Assembly (NCBI GenBank): GCA_949283575.1
Contig: CASDSU010000028.1
Coordinates: forward strand, 128,849-192,848
Direction: 5' to 3'
Length of the DNA: 64,000 bases
DNA from: an uncultured Eubacteriales bacterium
GTDB lineage: Bacteria > Bacillota > Clostridia > TANB77 > UBA1234
The translations under genes were made by a program, and so were the position numbers. The notes beneath the pieces were generated by a model. It searched no databases. It was not told where the DNA came from and worked only from the letters and a program-made list of their open reading frames with translations. The number at the start of each line of letters is the position of its first letter. Position 1 is the stretch's first letter. Below are positions 49,037 through 60,197 of this stretch, piece after piece.

Positions 49037-50158
49037 ATGAAGAAAGAAAAAATAATTATTTTATATGCATCTGTTGGCGGAGGCCACTTCAAGGCAGCAG
49101 AAGGAATAAAAAATTATATTTTGTCGAACTACAAAAATTACACAATAGAAATGACAGATGCTCTAAAATACACAAATAAAGTAGTAGATAAAATAATAAT
49201 AAAATCATACGTAAATATGGCCAGATATTCACCTAAAATGTGGGGAGAAATTTATAAATTCAGTGAAAAGCAATATTCTGCAGCTAACTTTAGTAATGCC
49301 GTTCAAAAGATTCTTTCCAATAAACTACTTACTTTGTTGGAAGAAAAAAAACCAGATAGCATCATTTCAACACATCCTTTCGTTACTGAAATGGTAGCAT
49401 CCTTAAAAAAACGTTCTAAAATAAATACAGAACTTAACGTTATTATGACAGACTATGCCTCACATAAATTTTGGGAACTTAAACCAGAATACGTAAATCG
49501 TTATTTTGTAGCAAATGAAGAAATGAAAGCCTCTTTAACTTTCAATGGAATTAGTAAGGATAAAATATTTGTAACTGGAATTCCTGTATCACCAGCATTT
49601 TTGCAGAAATATAACAAAGAAGAAGTTTTAAAAGAATTTAACTTAGACAAAAATAAAAAAACAATTTTACTTTTTGGTGGTGGTGAATACGGTCTATCTA
49701 ACGTAAAAGGTTTTTTAGATAGCTTACTTTCATTAAAAGAAGAAATTCAAGTAGTTGCAATTGCAGGAAAAAATGTAAGAACTCAAAAAACATTTAAAAA
49801 AGTAGCCAACGAACACAACAAAAAAGTAATTGTTCTAGGTTACACAACGAAGATACCAGAGCTTATGAGCATCGCTGATTTTGTAATTTCGAAACCAGGC
49901 GGACTTACAACTACTGAAATTTTAGTTAGTAATGTCCCTTTTATAATCATAAATCCAATTCCTGGTCAAGAAGAAGAAAACGCACGATTTCTTCTAAACA
50001 ACGGAGCAGCAATACGTCTATACGACGTAGAAAAAGCAGCACCATTTTTAGAACAATTCTTTAAAGACGAAGAACGCATTTATCATATGAAAGCAATGCA
50101 AAAGAAAATCGCAAAACCAAACTCGACTAAAGAAATCGTAACAAAAATACTTTCATAA
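49037..50158 (+). CDS. ugtP: processive diacylglycerol beta-glucosyltransferase (MGDG-synthase-like / GT28)
   Basis: Colinear similarity to B. subtilis UgtP (ILYASVGGGH vs ILTANYGNGH; KPGG.T..E; P.PGQE.ENA). Confidence 0.8.
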   Translation: MKKEKIIILYASVGGGHFKAAEGIKNYILSNYKNYTIEMTDALKYTNKVVDKIIIKSYVNMARYSPKMWGEIYKFSEKQYSAANFSNAVQKILSNKLLTLLEEKKPDSIISTHPFVTEMVASLKKRSKINTELNVIMTDYASHKFWELKPEYVNRYFVANEEMKASLTFNGISKDKIFVTGIPVSPAFLQKYNKEEVLKEFNLDKNKKTILLFGGGEYGLSNVKGFLDSLLSLKEEIQVVAIAGKNVRTQKTFKKVANEHNKKVIVLGYTTKIPELMSIADFVISKPGGLTTTEILVSNVPFIIINPIPGQEEENARFLLNNGAAIRLYDVEKAAPFLEQFFKDEERIYHMKAMQKKIAKPNSTKEIVTKILS

Positions 50159-50187
50159 ATTATTTGCGCAAGAAAATATGTTTACAC

Positions 50188-50231
50188 AAAAAAACACAAC
50201 TAAAAATATACTTTTTAGTTGTGTTTTTTTT
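50188..50231. terminator. bidirectional terminator
   Basis: AAAAAAACACAACTAAAAA-N5-TTTTTAGTTGTGTTTTTTT. Confidence 0.6.
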
Positions 50232-51279
50232 ATTCCTTAATAACACATTCTAACTTTATATCCACCATGTTTTGAAACATTGTATAGAAGATATCTTTCA
50301 TAATTGCAGTTATCATAGTTATCACACTCGAAAAGCTTTTATATTTGCATGTAACTTGATATAAATTTTCTTCAAGCAAAGTTACTTTAATATTATTGTT
50401 ATAAAGTTCATTCAATATCATAAGTTGCAAATCGTCATTGTATAATTCTCTTATAATATTTTCTGGCTTTCTTCCAAACTTAACCGCAATTCTTCCAAGT
50501 GGCGAAATTAAATATGCACGCTCTTCAAATTTCTTAATATTTTCATCTATTACTTCTTCAATATGTGTATTCAAATCAATATATGAAAAACGAATTTTAC
50601 AAAGACCTGTTTCTTCAAACGAAGTTGCCTCAAAATACGAGTTTTCATTTATCAGCTTACTCACACTAGACAAGTTGAATTTTTCGACAAATTCGGCCAA
50701 ATATATGCCAAATTTAAGTACAAAATTACCAATCAAAATACAATTGTACTCATTATCGTCCTCTAACAATTCTTCATCTGAATACTCTTTTATATATTCA
50801 CTTATAGTTTTAAATGGATCGATATCATTAGTAAGCAATTTTATATAAGTTGGTATATCATAAACGTTTCTTAAATCAATAGATTTAAGATTACACCACC
50901 TTACAAATGAAAAAGAATTAAGCGCATATTTTACAGGGAATTCTTTTGAAATAAACGAACTAATAAGATTTGTATTAACCTTATTTAGTCTTACAGCATA
51001 TGTAACTTTATTCGACGTCGTTACATAAAGCCTAGCAAAAGATTCATTTACATAAATGCTAACCGCATCTTGCTTTTCTAAATCTTCTACCCTACTTATG
51101 AAATCATCATCGTCATTTACATATATAATTTCATTATCTGTACTAAGTGTAAACTTTGCTTTTATAAAAGCTTTTAAAAACATTTCAATTTCATCAGGAT
51201 TAGAAATTTCGTTCAACTCTTTTTCTAATGTTTTTGTTCCACTCAATTTACCAGATAAGAAAGCCTCCTTATTATTCAA
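50230..51279 (-). CDS. hypothetical soluble protein, last gene of the giant-membrane-protein operon
   Basis: RBS AGGAGGC; 44-nt gap to the upstream gene; no TM, no known motif. Confidence 0.5.
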   Translation of the reverse strand: MNNKEAFLSGKLSGTKTLEKELNEISNPDEIEMFLKAFIKAKFTLSTDNEIIYVNDDDDFISRVEDLEKQDAVSIYVNESFARLYVTTSNKVTYAVRLNKVNTNLISSFISKEFPVKYALNSFSFVRWCNLKSIDLRNVYDIPTYIKLLTNDIDPFKTISEYIKEYSDEELLEDDNEYNCILIGNFVLKFGIYLAEFVEKFNLSSVSKLINENSYFEATSFEETGLCKIRFSYIDLNTHIEEVIDENIKKFEERAYLISPLGRIAVKFGRKPENIIRELYNDDLQLMILNELYNNNIKVTLLEENLYQVTCKYKSFSSVITMITAIMKDIFYTMFQNMVDIKLECVIKE

Positions 51280-51323
51280 AAAAACTCACCTCATATAAAA
51301 TATACGCTATATATCTTTATTTA

Positions 51324-54300
51324 TTATTCATCATAATCGCCTGGTTGATCTCCCATAAAGTGTCTTTGATATGTGCTCATTGCATCAGTATATTCACTAG
51401 AGAAATGACCAGAAGATGTTGTCTTTCCAAATCCAGCAAGATTTTTAACCACATTCATTTTTGCATTTCTTCTTTCTTCTAGTATTTGCTCTCTTGTTTG
51501 ACCATTTAGGAATCTTTGTTCACTCATACCACCTTCTGTAATATCAACATGGTTTTGCGCTAATATATCTGCAGCAATATCTCTTACGTATTGTCTTTCA
51601 GTTAGATTTGATTGGCGTCTTGCTTCTGACATGCTATCAATTATCTGTTGTTTTTTCGCTTCACGAGTAGCATCATCATGTTCAAACATTAATGCAACTA
51701 ATTCGTGTCCTGATAGTTCATCATCAAACACACCATCTCTCAAATCTGATTCATATGTACCCAAAATTGTCCTAACTCTATTTCTATTGTAATGACCAGA
51801 ACCTTCTTCTTTTACTTTATGAGCCATCATATGTCTTAACAAATCAGCGTCAACATCAAGTGTTTCTGCCATTTGATGCGCAACCTCGCTAGATCCAGCG
51901 TTTGATTTTATTTTACTTGTAGCATCTAAATAATCTTCTGCAGTAAACAAACCTGAATTTCTATTTGCGATTACAAATAAACTACGTGCAACTTCTTTTT
52001 CTTCCGCAGTTACCTCTTCACCGTCTTCATGAAAACTTGCTGCCCAAGCATCTGCATCAGCACGAATTTGTCTTTTTCTTTCTCTATCAGCATCATCTAA
52101 TGCATCTGTTCTAGATCTATATGTAAAGCTATTCATTACACTTTCAAGTTCTGATAATCCTGCTTCAACTTCATTTCTAGAACTTTCAAGTGGATCATCA
52201 TATCTGCTAGCACCTGTAAATGCCAATCCCGTAAGCAACATGTTTTTATATCTATCTTGCTCTATTTCCGACATTCCTTCTAATGTATATCCAAGTCTCA
52301 TTTGAATATGTCTGTCTATGCTTACTGTATCAAATGTACCATTTGCAACCATATGCGCAACTTCATTTCCAATATTTTGCATATCATTCATCTGATCAGC
52401 TGTTAATTTTAAGTCTTGTAACAATTCATTATTTGGATTTTCAGCTCTTGCTTGATCAACAATTTGTCTTGCTCTTGCAAGTTCTTCTGCACTTCTCGAG
52501 TTTGGATTATTTAAATCTGCAATTGCATTTGCAAGTCGCAAATTACTAGCTTTCATTGCACGTTTTTCTTCATCACTTATACTCATTGCATCAATTGCAT
52601 CCATCGAACTTTGTGCATGATCTAATCTTAATCCTGCATTTGGTGCTTCTACTGGTCTAGCCATTGCATCAAACACTCCCAATTTAGCATCCGCTACCTT
52701 TACATTCGCACTTGCATTTTTTACTTTATTGTATACACTATCTTTACCTACGAATGGCTTAGCAACAGTCTTCACCGCTTTTACTGCAATTGCAGTTTTT
52801 GCGATTTGACCTGCTGTATCTTTAAGTGAACTTGATGCACCTGAAGGTGACTCTTGAGAGAATATCTTCTTAATAATTTCTTCACCAGTAAATAAGAATG
52901 TAACACCGGTAATTACTAAGATATAATCAAATCCTGTTGCTGAGCTATATGTAGAATACACTGTTCCACATACAAAAACATATACTATTGCATGGAATGA
53001 TTGTATCAATACATTAAGCATAAATTCTTTATTCCATTTATTAAACGCTTGAGATTTTCCATCTGCAATACGATCCACCGCATAGAATAAAGTAACTATT
53101 GGGAATATCGCAATTAAAAAACCTACCATAAATAAACGTTTATAATAATGTACTATCAGTGTTATAAGCTGCCATGTAAGTATCAAATAAGCAAGCGCCA
53201 TTGCAAATCTTTTTCCATTTTGTGCATCGTTTGCAATCTGTGACATATAATCACTTCCATCTGAATTAAATGGTTGTGTATCAAAATTAACATCTATTAA
53301 AGATTTTGTTTCATCAGTAATTTCTGTAGGAGGCAATGTTGACGGTGTTATTGAGTATTGATTACCCACTCCCACAAATCTATTAGCCTCAATTACATCA
53401 ACAAATGTATTATTCAAAAGTATTGTATATTTCATAACATATGGATATAAGAATAATATCATTACACCTATAACCCAATACAAAAATAACGTCTTATATT
53501 GTGAAAGACTTTCACCTGTTGAAGCAAGCATTATTCTTATGCCCATATATAGTAGCATAATCATATATCCAACAATCGCAATTTTTTGGAAGAAACTATA
53601 AGTCTTGTTTATTGTCTCTGAAAGACCACCGTTTCCATTTCCACTACTTCCCCATATAAGCTCTGAATAATTATCGCGTTTTAAATCATCAAAGAAGTCT
53701 ACGATTACAGGCGAATAATTATTAAACACTATATCATCAATTGTTACACGATAGCCAACTGCCAGTGCAATTAACTTGTTTATTGCATTCGCTATTGCGT
53801 TTAACAGCATCGCTATCATTTTTTCAAGTGGATCTAACCCCACAGCTTTATCATCGACAGGTTGTGTCGCTGGACGAAGAGCTTGTAACGGTTGATATAA
53901 TGGGGTACCATCTGTTCTAGTTGGTGTCACTAATGTTGGTGCCGTACCAGATTCTCTTTCTCCATCTAATATTTCTTGATCTATGTTTGGTCTGTATTCA
54001 ATTTTATCAGCATATCTAACCGATAAAGAATCATTTCCACTACCCAAGCTTGCCTCAATATCATCTGCTTCACTTCCATTCAAAGTAGGAAATGTGAATG
54101 TATATGAAATACCTTCTCCATCTACACCAGCAGATGTAACTTCTGTAAGTTGGCCTTCATGAAGTACACCATTATAAAGTACCTTATATGTAAGTTCTGT
54201 TGAATACCAATAATCTGCATTACCTGGCATTTGAGTTGCAACCATATTATTACCAATATCCATTTTGGCTTGTGTTGGCATATCGCCTTCTCTATTAATA

Positions 54301-54575
54301 TGAGTAATTGTAATAGCTGCTCCACCGCTCGCTAGGCCAGTAACTCTCGTCTCTATAGAATCATCATATTGACCTTCTGTAGTATTTACCTCTCGCTCTA
54401 AATCAGCTGAATACCACACTGGATTCTGAGCAGGAATGTTGTCAATATTATTTAATAACAAATTTACATTCACAGAAATCGGTTCATTATCAGCTAATAC
54501 AACCTGCGTAGGCAATATGCAATTTAGTAACATCACTACCAATATTAACTTAAACATAAAACGTTTGAATTTCAT
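51324..54575 (-). CDS. giant paralogous membrane protein C (1083 aa): signal peptide, about 330-aa ectodomain, conserved 5-6 TM core, about 500-aa charged tail
   Basis: Signal peptide MKFKRFMFKLILVVMLLNCILPTQVVLA; core motif IVHYYKRLFMVGFLIAIFPIVTLFYAVDRIADGKSQAFNKWNKEFMLNVLIQSFHAIVYV shared with the two upstream genes; RBS GAAGGGAGGTAGG. Confidence 0.7.
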   Translation of the reverse strand: MKFKRFMFKLILVVMLLNCILPTQVVLADNEPISVNVNLLLNNIDNIPAQNPVWYSADLEREVNTTEGQYDDSIETRVTGLASGGAAITITHINREGDMPTQAKMDIGNNMVATQMPGNADYWYSTELTYKVLYNGVLHEGQLTEVTSAGVDGEGISYTFTFPTLNGSEADDIEASLGSGNDSLSVRYADKIEYRPNIDQEILDGERESGTAPTLVTPTRTDGTPLYQPLQALRPATQPVDDKAVGLDPLEKMIAMLLNAIANAINKLIALAVGYRVTIDDIVFNNYSPVIVDFFDDLKRDNYSELIWGSSGNGNGGLSETINKTYSFFQKIAIVGYMIMLLYMGIRIMLASTGESLSQYKTLFLYWVIGVMILFLYPYVMKYTILLNNTFVDVIEANRFVGVGNQYSITPSTLPPTEITDETKSLIDVNFDTQPFNSDGSDYMSQIANDAQNGKRFAMALAYLILTWQLITLIVHYYKRLFMVGFLIAIFPIVTLFYAVDRIADGKSQAFNKWNKEFMLNVLIQSFHAIVYVFVCGTVYSTYSSATGFDYILVITGVTFLFTGEEIIKKIFSQESPSGASSSLKDTAGQIAKTAIAVKAVKTVAKPFVGKDSVYNKVKNASANVKVADAKLGVFDAMARPVEAPNAGLRLDHAQSSMDAIDAMSISDEEKRAMKASNLRLANAIADLNNPNSRSAEELARARQIVDQARAENPNNELLQDLKLTADQMNDMQNIGNEVAHMVANGTFDTVSIDRHIQMRLGYTLEGMSEIEQDRYKNMLLTGLAFTGASRYDDPLESSRNEVEAGLSELESVMNSFTYRSRTDALDDADRERKRQIRADADAWAASFHEDGEEVTAEEKEVARSLFVIANRNSGLFTAEDYLDATSKIKSNAGSSEVAHQMAETLDVDADLLRHMMAHKVKEEGSGHYNRNRVRTILGTYESDLRDGVFDDELSGHELVALMFEHDDATREAKKQQIIDSMSEARRQSNLTERQYVRDIAADILAQNHVDITEGGMSEQRFLNGQTREQILEERRNAKMNVVKNLAGFGKTTSSGHFSSEYTDAMSTYQRHFMGDQPGDYDE

Positions 54576-54596
54576 ATTGCCTACCTCCCTTCTAGT

Positions 54597-57500
54597 TTAA
54601 TTTCCACCATTTATTTTGTTCAACCTTTCACTAAGTGTTTTACCACTTCCGGCACTTGGCACTGAAGTTTTATCTCTTAATGCTGACTTTCTTAAATCTA
54701 TTGCTTGTCCTCTAGTAGATGGGGCAGATGAAGATGAACCAGAACCTTTTCCTGAAGCCGATTGACGTGGTTTTAAAGATTCTGCAAATTTATCTTTTAC
54801 CGTACCCACAGTAGAAGCAACATCGTTTACTCTATTTGTAACAAATTTTGATGTACTACTATATGCTTTATCTGCTAACGAATATCCTCCTAATGCTGCT
54901 GTAGCACTAGATACTGTTAGTAAGTCACCTGTTTTTCCACCGGCAACACCGGCAGCCATCATACCAACTCCAACATCAAGCGGCATTCTTACCGACATAT
55001 CCATAGCTGCTCCACCCAAATTTTTAGCCATTTCAACCAAATCGTCTTTAATAGCTTTTTTGCTTGCTTCATATCCGCTTTTAGCTGCAGCTATTTGTTC
55101 TTCTCTTTGTCTTTGTCTAAACGCAGCTTCAAGTGTACTTTGAAGAGCAGATTCTTCAGAAGCTGTTACAATACCATTCGTAGCCATTTGCTCTACAGTC
55201 TGATATGATCTTGCAGTTCTAGCAATTGGAGTATATCCTTCTTGTAAATCACCTGGCTCATATCTAAGCATACTTAGTAATATATCATCACTTGGAAGAG
55301 ACTTAACATGTCTAATAGATGAATCCATAATTCTACCTTTATTTGGATCACTATCTGCAACCAGTGATGGATCATTCAATACTTGAATTCTAACATTTGA
55401 TTCATAATCATCCAAATTATATTTCAACTGACCAACAATCTTCTCCATGGCTTCATGCGCAGGAGAACCATGTGGTATCATCAACATTATTGCACGGATA
55501 TTATCAATATGCGATACTACATCAGATGCTGTATATTCACCTAAGTGAGACTGATTGATTGCTGTAACAGAATATGCTAATTGCTCTAACTTAATATCAT
55601 CAACTGGACTTATATCATCTTGACGTGTAGCTTTAGCTTGTTCAGCCATTTTTCTAGCTTCACGAACTTCTCTTTCTGTATTTAATGTGATTACATTTGA
55701 TTCAGTTGTTAAAACTCTTTGAGTTGAAGGATTATCTCTTACAAATACTACTGTTTCAACATCCTTACTATGTGTAGAACCAGATGAAACTGGAGTCGGC
55801 GGAACGCTCGTATCCTTCGGTGGCGTATATAATCCATTAATTACGATTTTTTCTTTATCCAAATCTTTATTTCTTGCATATTGCATAATTTCTTCAGGAA
55901 GCGAAATTGTTTTTGTAGGATTGTTTGGATCTTGAACTCTTCCAAACGTGTTCTTCACATTAGTCTTTGCATCACTAATAGCTTCAGAAATTCTAGTTGG
56001 AACATTTCTAATTTCAGTTGGAACCATAGTTGCCATTGAATATGCTTTTGCACCTATTTCAACAATTCCCACACCTGCATCTTTTATAAAGTCTGCCGTT
56101 CTTCCTGGTGCAGAAGCAATTCTACCCAAGCTATCAGAGGTTCTTTCTGCCATTCTTGAAAACATACCCTGATGAGAATGAATTTTTTCATCCCTTAAGA
56201 TGCCTTGCATAATTTCTCTTTCTTTAGCGTAAGAATCTCTTAATTCATTTCTTTCTACAGCCCTTTGTTGTTGCTCTCTAATAACATTTGCCACTCTTGT
56301 ATTAGCAGTAGCCGCATTAGCCTCAGCTTCAGCTCTCTTTCTAGCTTTTTTATCAGCCATTCTTCTAATCTTGTTATCATATTGTGTATCTGAAACCAAG
56401 CTAATAGATGTATCAATTGCAGTCTTCCTTGCATCGTTTCTCTCAAGTCTATCATTTACTCTTTGAGCTCTTCTTTCTGCAACCTTTTCATCTCTTCTAG
56501 CTCTCTCATAACTACTTGAGAAATCTCTACTTATTTCTTTCTCTAATCTTGCATTTCTCATCGTTTGAACAGGAGAAACTATCTTTACACCTTGTCTTCT
56601 CAAATCAGCTCTTGAAGCCTTTATATCCTTATATACAAGTTGCTCACGTTTACGTGCATCTGCAAGCGACTTTATTGCTTTTTCCTCTCTTCTCTTTGCA
56701 CGTTCCATTGCTGCAGCATCGCTACCAGCCCTACTCATTGCAGCTCGTGCACTTCTTAAATCTTCTTCTGCAGATTTGATTTCTTGTTTTATGCCTCGAG
56801 TACCATTATATGTATTACCATATAACGCTTCATGAGCTCTTTTATTTGTAGCTTTTAAATTATCTTTAACTTTCTTTCTAGTCTTTGCTTCACTGCGCCA
56901 TGAATCATATCTATCAATTGTGCTTTCTGCTTTCTTCATAACGCTAGGACCTTTAATTACAGCACCTCTGCTTCTTAAGAAGTCGTTTGCCTTTTGACGT
57001 TCAGCTTTAGCTGTTGAATAATCGCCCTTTGTACCTACAGTTACTCTATCTTTAATCATTTGACTTGCTGTTCTTATTTCAGTACCTATAATTGTGCGAT
57101 AAGCTGCTCTTTCTTCCTTCTTAGCCATACGAACAGTAGGTCTATTATAAAATTTCTCTGCTCTACTAGCTCTTACAAGTTGTACACCATTATCTCTTAA
57201 AGTTTTTCTAATTGCATTTGAATTATCTAAAATTCTTCTTTCTTGTTCAGATAAATTAGCAGGATTCTTTTTTCTTAACTCTTTTAATTTCTTAACCGCA
57301 TATTTTTGAGAACCTTTATCCAATATTTTTTGTGCTCTTGTTTGTTTTCTAGAATGGTTAGGATCATATCCTCTAAATGATGTTTTTCTAGATTTAGCTA
57401 CTTGCTCTTCTAGCGCTTTTGCGCTCTTTTCATACCTTTCAGCTAATGCCCTATCGCCTCTAGCACGAGCATTATCAGCATCTCTTCTCATAACTAAAGC

Positions 57501-60197
57501 GTCTTTTGCAGCTTGAACAGAAATTCTGTTTCTATCTCTATTTAGCATACGTTGAGCTGAAGTCATACGAACTTTCTTAGGTCTTTCTCCAGGACGATTA
57601 CCAAATAGTTTTGAACTAACAGTACTTCTACCATCAATAAAGTTTTCAAGTTGTTTTAATCTTCTTTCTTGTCCTGCACTTAAATAACCTTTCTCTCTAA
57701 GTGCTCTAGCCTCTTTAACAGCTCTTTTAGCTTCTTTATTTTGTTTAAACGTAGCTGTTACATCATGATACGTCATCTTAACTTGATTTGCTTTGCCTTT
57801 TATTTGACCTTTTACATTGTTAATATATGCCATTCTGTTAAGCGTTCTTTGAGTCTTACCAACACCTCTAAAGTAAATTCCTCGTTTAGCATAGTTAGCT
57901 CTTTGTTGTCTTAGTCTGCTTATATTTCCGCCAGCACCTTGCAACTCAGCAATAGTTGCTTGAATGTCTCTATATCTTGCAGAATTTGTTTGTCCATTCT
58001 TTGAAAGTAGTCTCATTTCCTTTTGAAGTCTATTTAAATCGCGTAAATCTCTCATTGCACTCTTTTCATAAGAACGTAACGATTTTCCTGCTTGACGTTT
58101 TTCTTTCATCATTCTGTATTTGCCTTTTATTGTATAACCAGCGCCAACTACTGAAGCACCAGCACCAACCATCTTTTGTCTAAATGTTTTCTTTGGTTGA
58201 GGTGCATTTTTAGCTCGTGCTGCATTCATTCTTGCTACAGATTCTGGAGTTCTAAATGTACCAGAATATCTGTTACCAGATTTCTTAGTTCCATCTACAC
58301 CTCCGGCTTTACCATATGTTTGATTATATCTTCTGCCTTTTAAATTATATATTACTGATGTTGTTTGGTCTGGTTTCTTGAATTTTATAGCCCCAGCCAT
58401 TTTTATCTTATTAAGATTTCTAGGATTATTTAGCACCGCCCTTGCCATTGCGGCTGCCATACCTGTTCCTTTCATTTTTTCTAACAAGATTTCAATTTTC
58501 TCATTAAACTCTATAGGTTGTAATCCACCAACCATCATTGCATTTGCAGCAGCTCTAACTTGCATCATTGCATATAATTCATCTAGTTCTCCTTCATGAC
58601 CCCTAAATTGTTCAGCAAGTGCATTTAAAGCCTGTTCTTCTTCTTCACCTTCTGGCATATTATGTGCAGCAATAAGATTATCTAGCGCCGCATTTCTTTC
58701 CTCTTCACTAGCATTTTGATCAAGCGCCACCATAGCCGAATCATATAATGTTCGTGGTGCATTTAAATCAGCCATTTGATGTTGTGTTTCTTGGGCTTCT
58801 ATAGTTTGATCTAACTGTGCATTTGATTCATCAAGTCTTGACATTTGTGCTTGTCTAAGATGACTTTGTAAATTTCCAGCACCTTGTGCTAAATGTCCAA
58901 CATGACTATCTTGTCCAAACATTTTTCCAACTGTATTTCTAGCACTTCCAGCTAATTTAACAGCCGCATGTGTTTGAAGGGCTGTAGCTGCAACACTTTT
59001 TACAGTATCGCCACCACCACCATTCATATGGAATATAGCTCTAAGCATATCGTCACCTTTAGTTATAAATGTAACAATTATAACAATTAAAAACCAATGC
59101 TTATTTGGATTACCTATATTTAATATTAAAGCCATACATATTACATATACAATTGCATGGAATGATTGTATAAAAATATTTAATAAAAATTCTTTGCACC
59201 AATTTCCAAATGCTTGTGATCTTCCATCAGCTAATTTATCAATTGCATATGAAATCATTACAAGTGGGAATACCGCAATCAAGAAAATTGTCATCAATAA
59301 TCTTTTGAAATAAATGATTAATAAGCTAAGTAGCTGTTTAACCATAATTGTCCAACATATACCGAAAACTAACCAACCTTGTTCTTCTGCCATACGATAC
59401 ATCATAGACATATAGTCTGTACCACTATTTAAAGCTCCTTGTGCAGAATCCATTGCATCTTGCATACGATCCATGCCAAGCCCTTCTTGTGGAAGAACAC
59501 CAGGTTGAGTAAACATGTCTCCATATGCTCCTATTGCATCTTTATTGGTAGCAATAAAATCTACAAATGCATTATTTATAACTATCGTATATTTTATAAC
59601 ATATGGGAAAAAGAATAATATCACAATACCTTGAACCCAATATAAAAGAAAATCTTTATATTTTGCATTCTTCTCTGTACCAGCATTTAATAATATTCTA
59701 ATTCCTATATATACAAGCATCATCATATATGCAACAATTGCGAGCTTTGTAAAGAAACTGAAAAATTCATTTAACCTATCATCAATTCCCATTTCTTGAA
59801 CATATGTATTCATTTTATAAGTTCTTCCTGATGGAACAGGCATATCGCTAAATATGTTTAAACTTGTTTTATTGTACCTATTGAAGAATAGTGATTCTAT
59901 TGTTAATGGGACTGCGTTACCGGCAGCATCCTCAGCGCTTCCCGCAGCCATACCTATAAGACCATACACGCCTAATGTTCCAATAAGTAAAAATGCTGTT
60001 AATGCTTTTTCCCACAAGCTACTAGATTCTTGAGTTAGAATATCATCATCAACATATCCTCCTCCTCCAGTCGCATATACTACATTTTGAGTAGGTAATA
60101 TGTTTACCATCGTTAACGCAAAAACTATTAACATTGCTAAAAATTTTGCATGCCATTTTTTCTTCATATTACCTACCTCCTTTCTACTAATTTTCAT
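54597..60197 (-). CDS. giant paralogous membrane protein B (1866 aa): signal peptide, short ectodomain, conserved TM core, about 1400-aa K/R/E/A/Q-rich predicted coiled-coil tail with Gly-rich C-terminus
   Basis: Core motif IIYFKRLLMTIFLIAVFPLVMISYAIDKLADGRSQAFGNWCKEFLLNIFIQSFHAIVYV; start overlaps the upstream stop (TAATG). Confidence 0.7.
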   Translation of the reverse strand: MKISRKEVGNMKKKWHAKFLAMLIVFALTMVNILPTQNVVYATGGGGYVDDDILTQESSSLWEKALTAFLLIGTLGVYGLIGMAAGSAEDAAGNAVPLTIESLFFNRYNKTSLNIFSDMPVPSGRTYKMNTYVQEMGIDDRLNEFFSFFTKLAIVAYMMMLVYIGIRILLNAGTEKNAKYKDFLLYWVQGIVILFFFPYVIKYTIVINNAFVDFIATNKDAIGAYGDMFTQPGVLPQEGLGMDRMQDAMDSAQGALNSGTDYMSMMYRMAEEQGWLVFGICWTIMVKQLLSLLIIYFKRLLMTIFLIAVFPLVMISYAIDKLADGRSQAFGNWCKEFLLNIFIQSFHAIVYVICMALILNIGNPNKHWFLIVIIVTFITKGDDMLRAIFHMNGGGGDTVKSVAATALQTHAAVKLAGSARNTVGKMFGQDSHVGHLAQGAGNLQSHLRQAQMSRLDESNAQLDQTIEAQETQHQMADLNAPRTLYDSAMVALDQNASEEERNAALDNLIAAHNMPEGEEEEQALNALAEQFRGHEGELDELYAMMQVRAAANAMMVGGLQPIEFNEKIEILLEKMKGTGMAAAMARAVLNNPRNLNKIKMAGAIKFKKPDQTTSVIYNLKGRRYNQTYGKAGGVDGTKKSGNRYSGTFRTPESVARMNAARAKNAPQPKKTFRQKMVGAGASVVGAGYTIKGKYRMMKEKRQAGKSLRSYEKSAMRDLRDLNRLQKEMRLLSKNGQTNSARYRDIQATIAELQGAGGNISRLRQQRANYAKRGIYFRGVGKTQRTLNRMAYINNVKGQIKGKANQVKMTYHDVTATFKQNKEAKRAVKEARALREKGYLSAGQERRLKQLENFIDGRSTVSSKLFGNRPGERPKKVRMTSAQRMLNRDRNRISVQAAKDALVMRRDADNARARGDRALAERYEKSAKALEEQVAKSRKTSFRGYDPNHSRKQTRAQKILDKGSQKYAVKKLKELRKKNPANLSEQERRILDNSNAIRKTLRDNGVQLVRASRAEKFYNRPTVRMAKKEERAAYRTIIGTEIRTASQMIKDRVTVGTKGDYSTAKAERQKANDFLRSRGAVIKGPSVMKKAESTIDRYDSWRSEAKTRKKVKDNLKATNKRAHEALYGNTYNGTRGIKQEIKSAEEDLRSARAAMSRAGSDAAAMERAKRREEKAIKSLADARKREQLVYKDIKASRADLRRQGVKIVSPVQTMRNARLEKEISRDFSSSYERARRDEKVAERRAQRVNDRLERNDARKTAIDTSISLVSDTQYDNKIRRMADKKARKRAEAEANAATANTRVANVIREQQQRAVERNELRDSYAKEREIMQGILRDEKIHSHQGMFSRMAERTSDSLGRIASAPGRTADFIKDAGVGIVEIGAKAYSMATMVPTEIRNVPTRISEAISDAKTNVKNTFGRVQDPNNPTKTISLPEEIMQYARNKDLDKEKIVINGLYTPPKDTSVPPTPVSSGSTHSKDVETVVFVRDNPSTQRVLTTESNVITLNTEREVREARKMAEQAKATRQDDISPVDDIKLEQLAYSVTAINQSHLGEYTASDVVSHIDNIRAIMLMIPHGSPAHEAMEKIVGQLKYNLDDYESNVRIQVLNDPSLVADSDPNKGRIMDSSIRHVKSLPSDDILLSMLRYEPGDLQEGYTPIARTARSYQTVEQMATNGIVTASEESALQSTLEAAFRQRQREEQIAAAKSGYEASKKAIKDDLVEMAKNLGGAAMDMSVRMPLDVGVGMMAAGVAGGKTGDLLTVSSATAALGGYSLADKAYSSTSKFVTNRVNDVASTVGTVKDKFAESLKPRQSASGKGSGSSSSAPSTRGQAIDLRKSALRDKTSVPSAGSGKTLSERLNKINGGN

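Noticed and set aside
54597-60197. Gene B as a phage tail tape-measure protein
   Set aside because: It is a long helical charged protein with TM segments, as TMPs are. However it has a cleavable signal peptide, shares a specific TM core with two neighbouring paralogs, and no phage structural genes are nearby.
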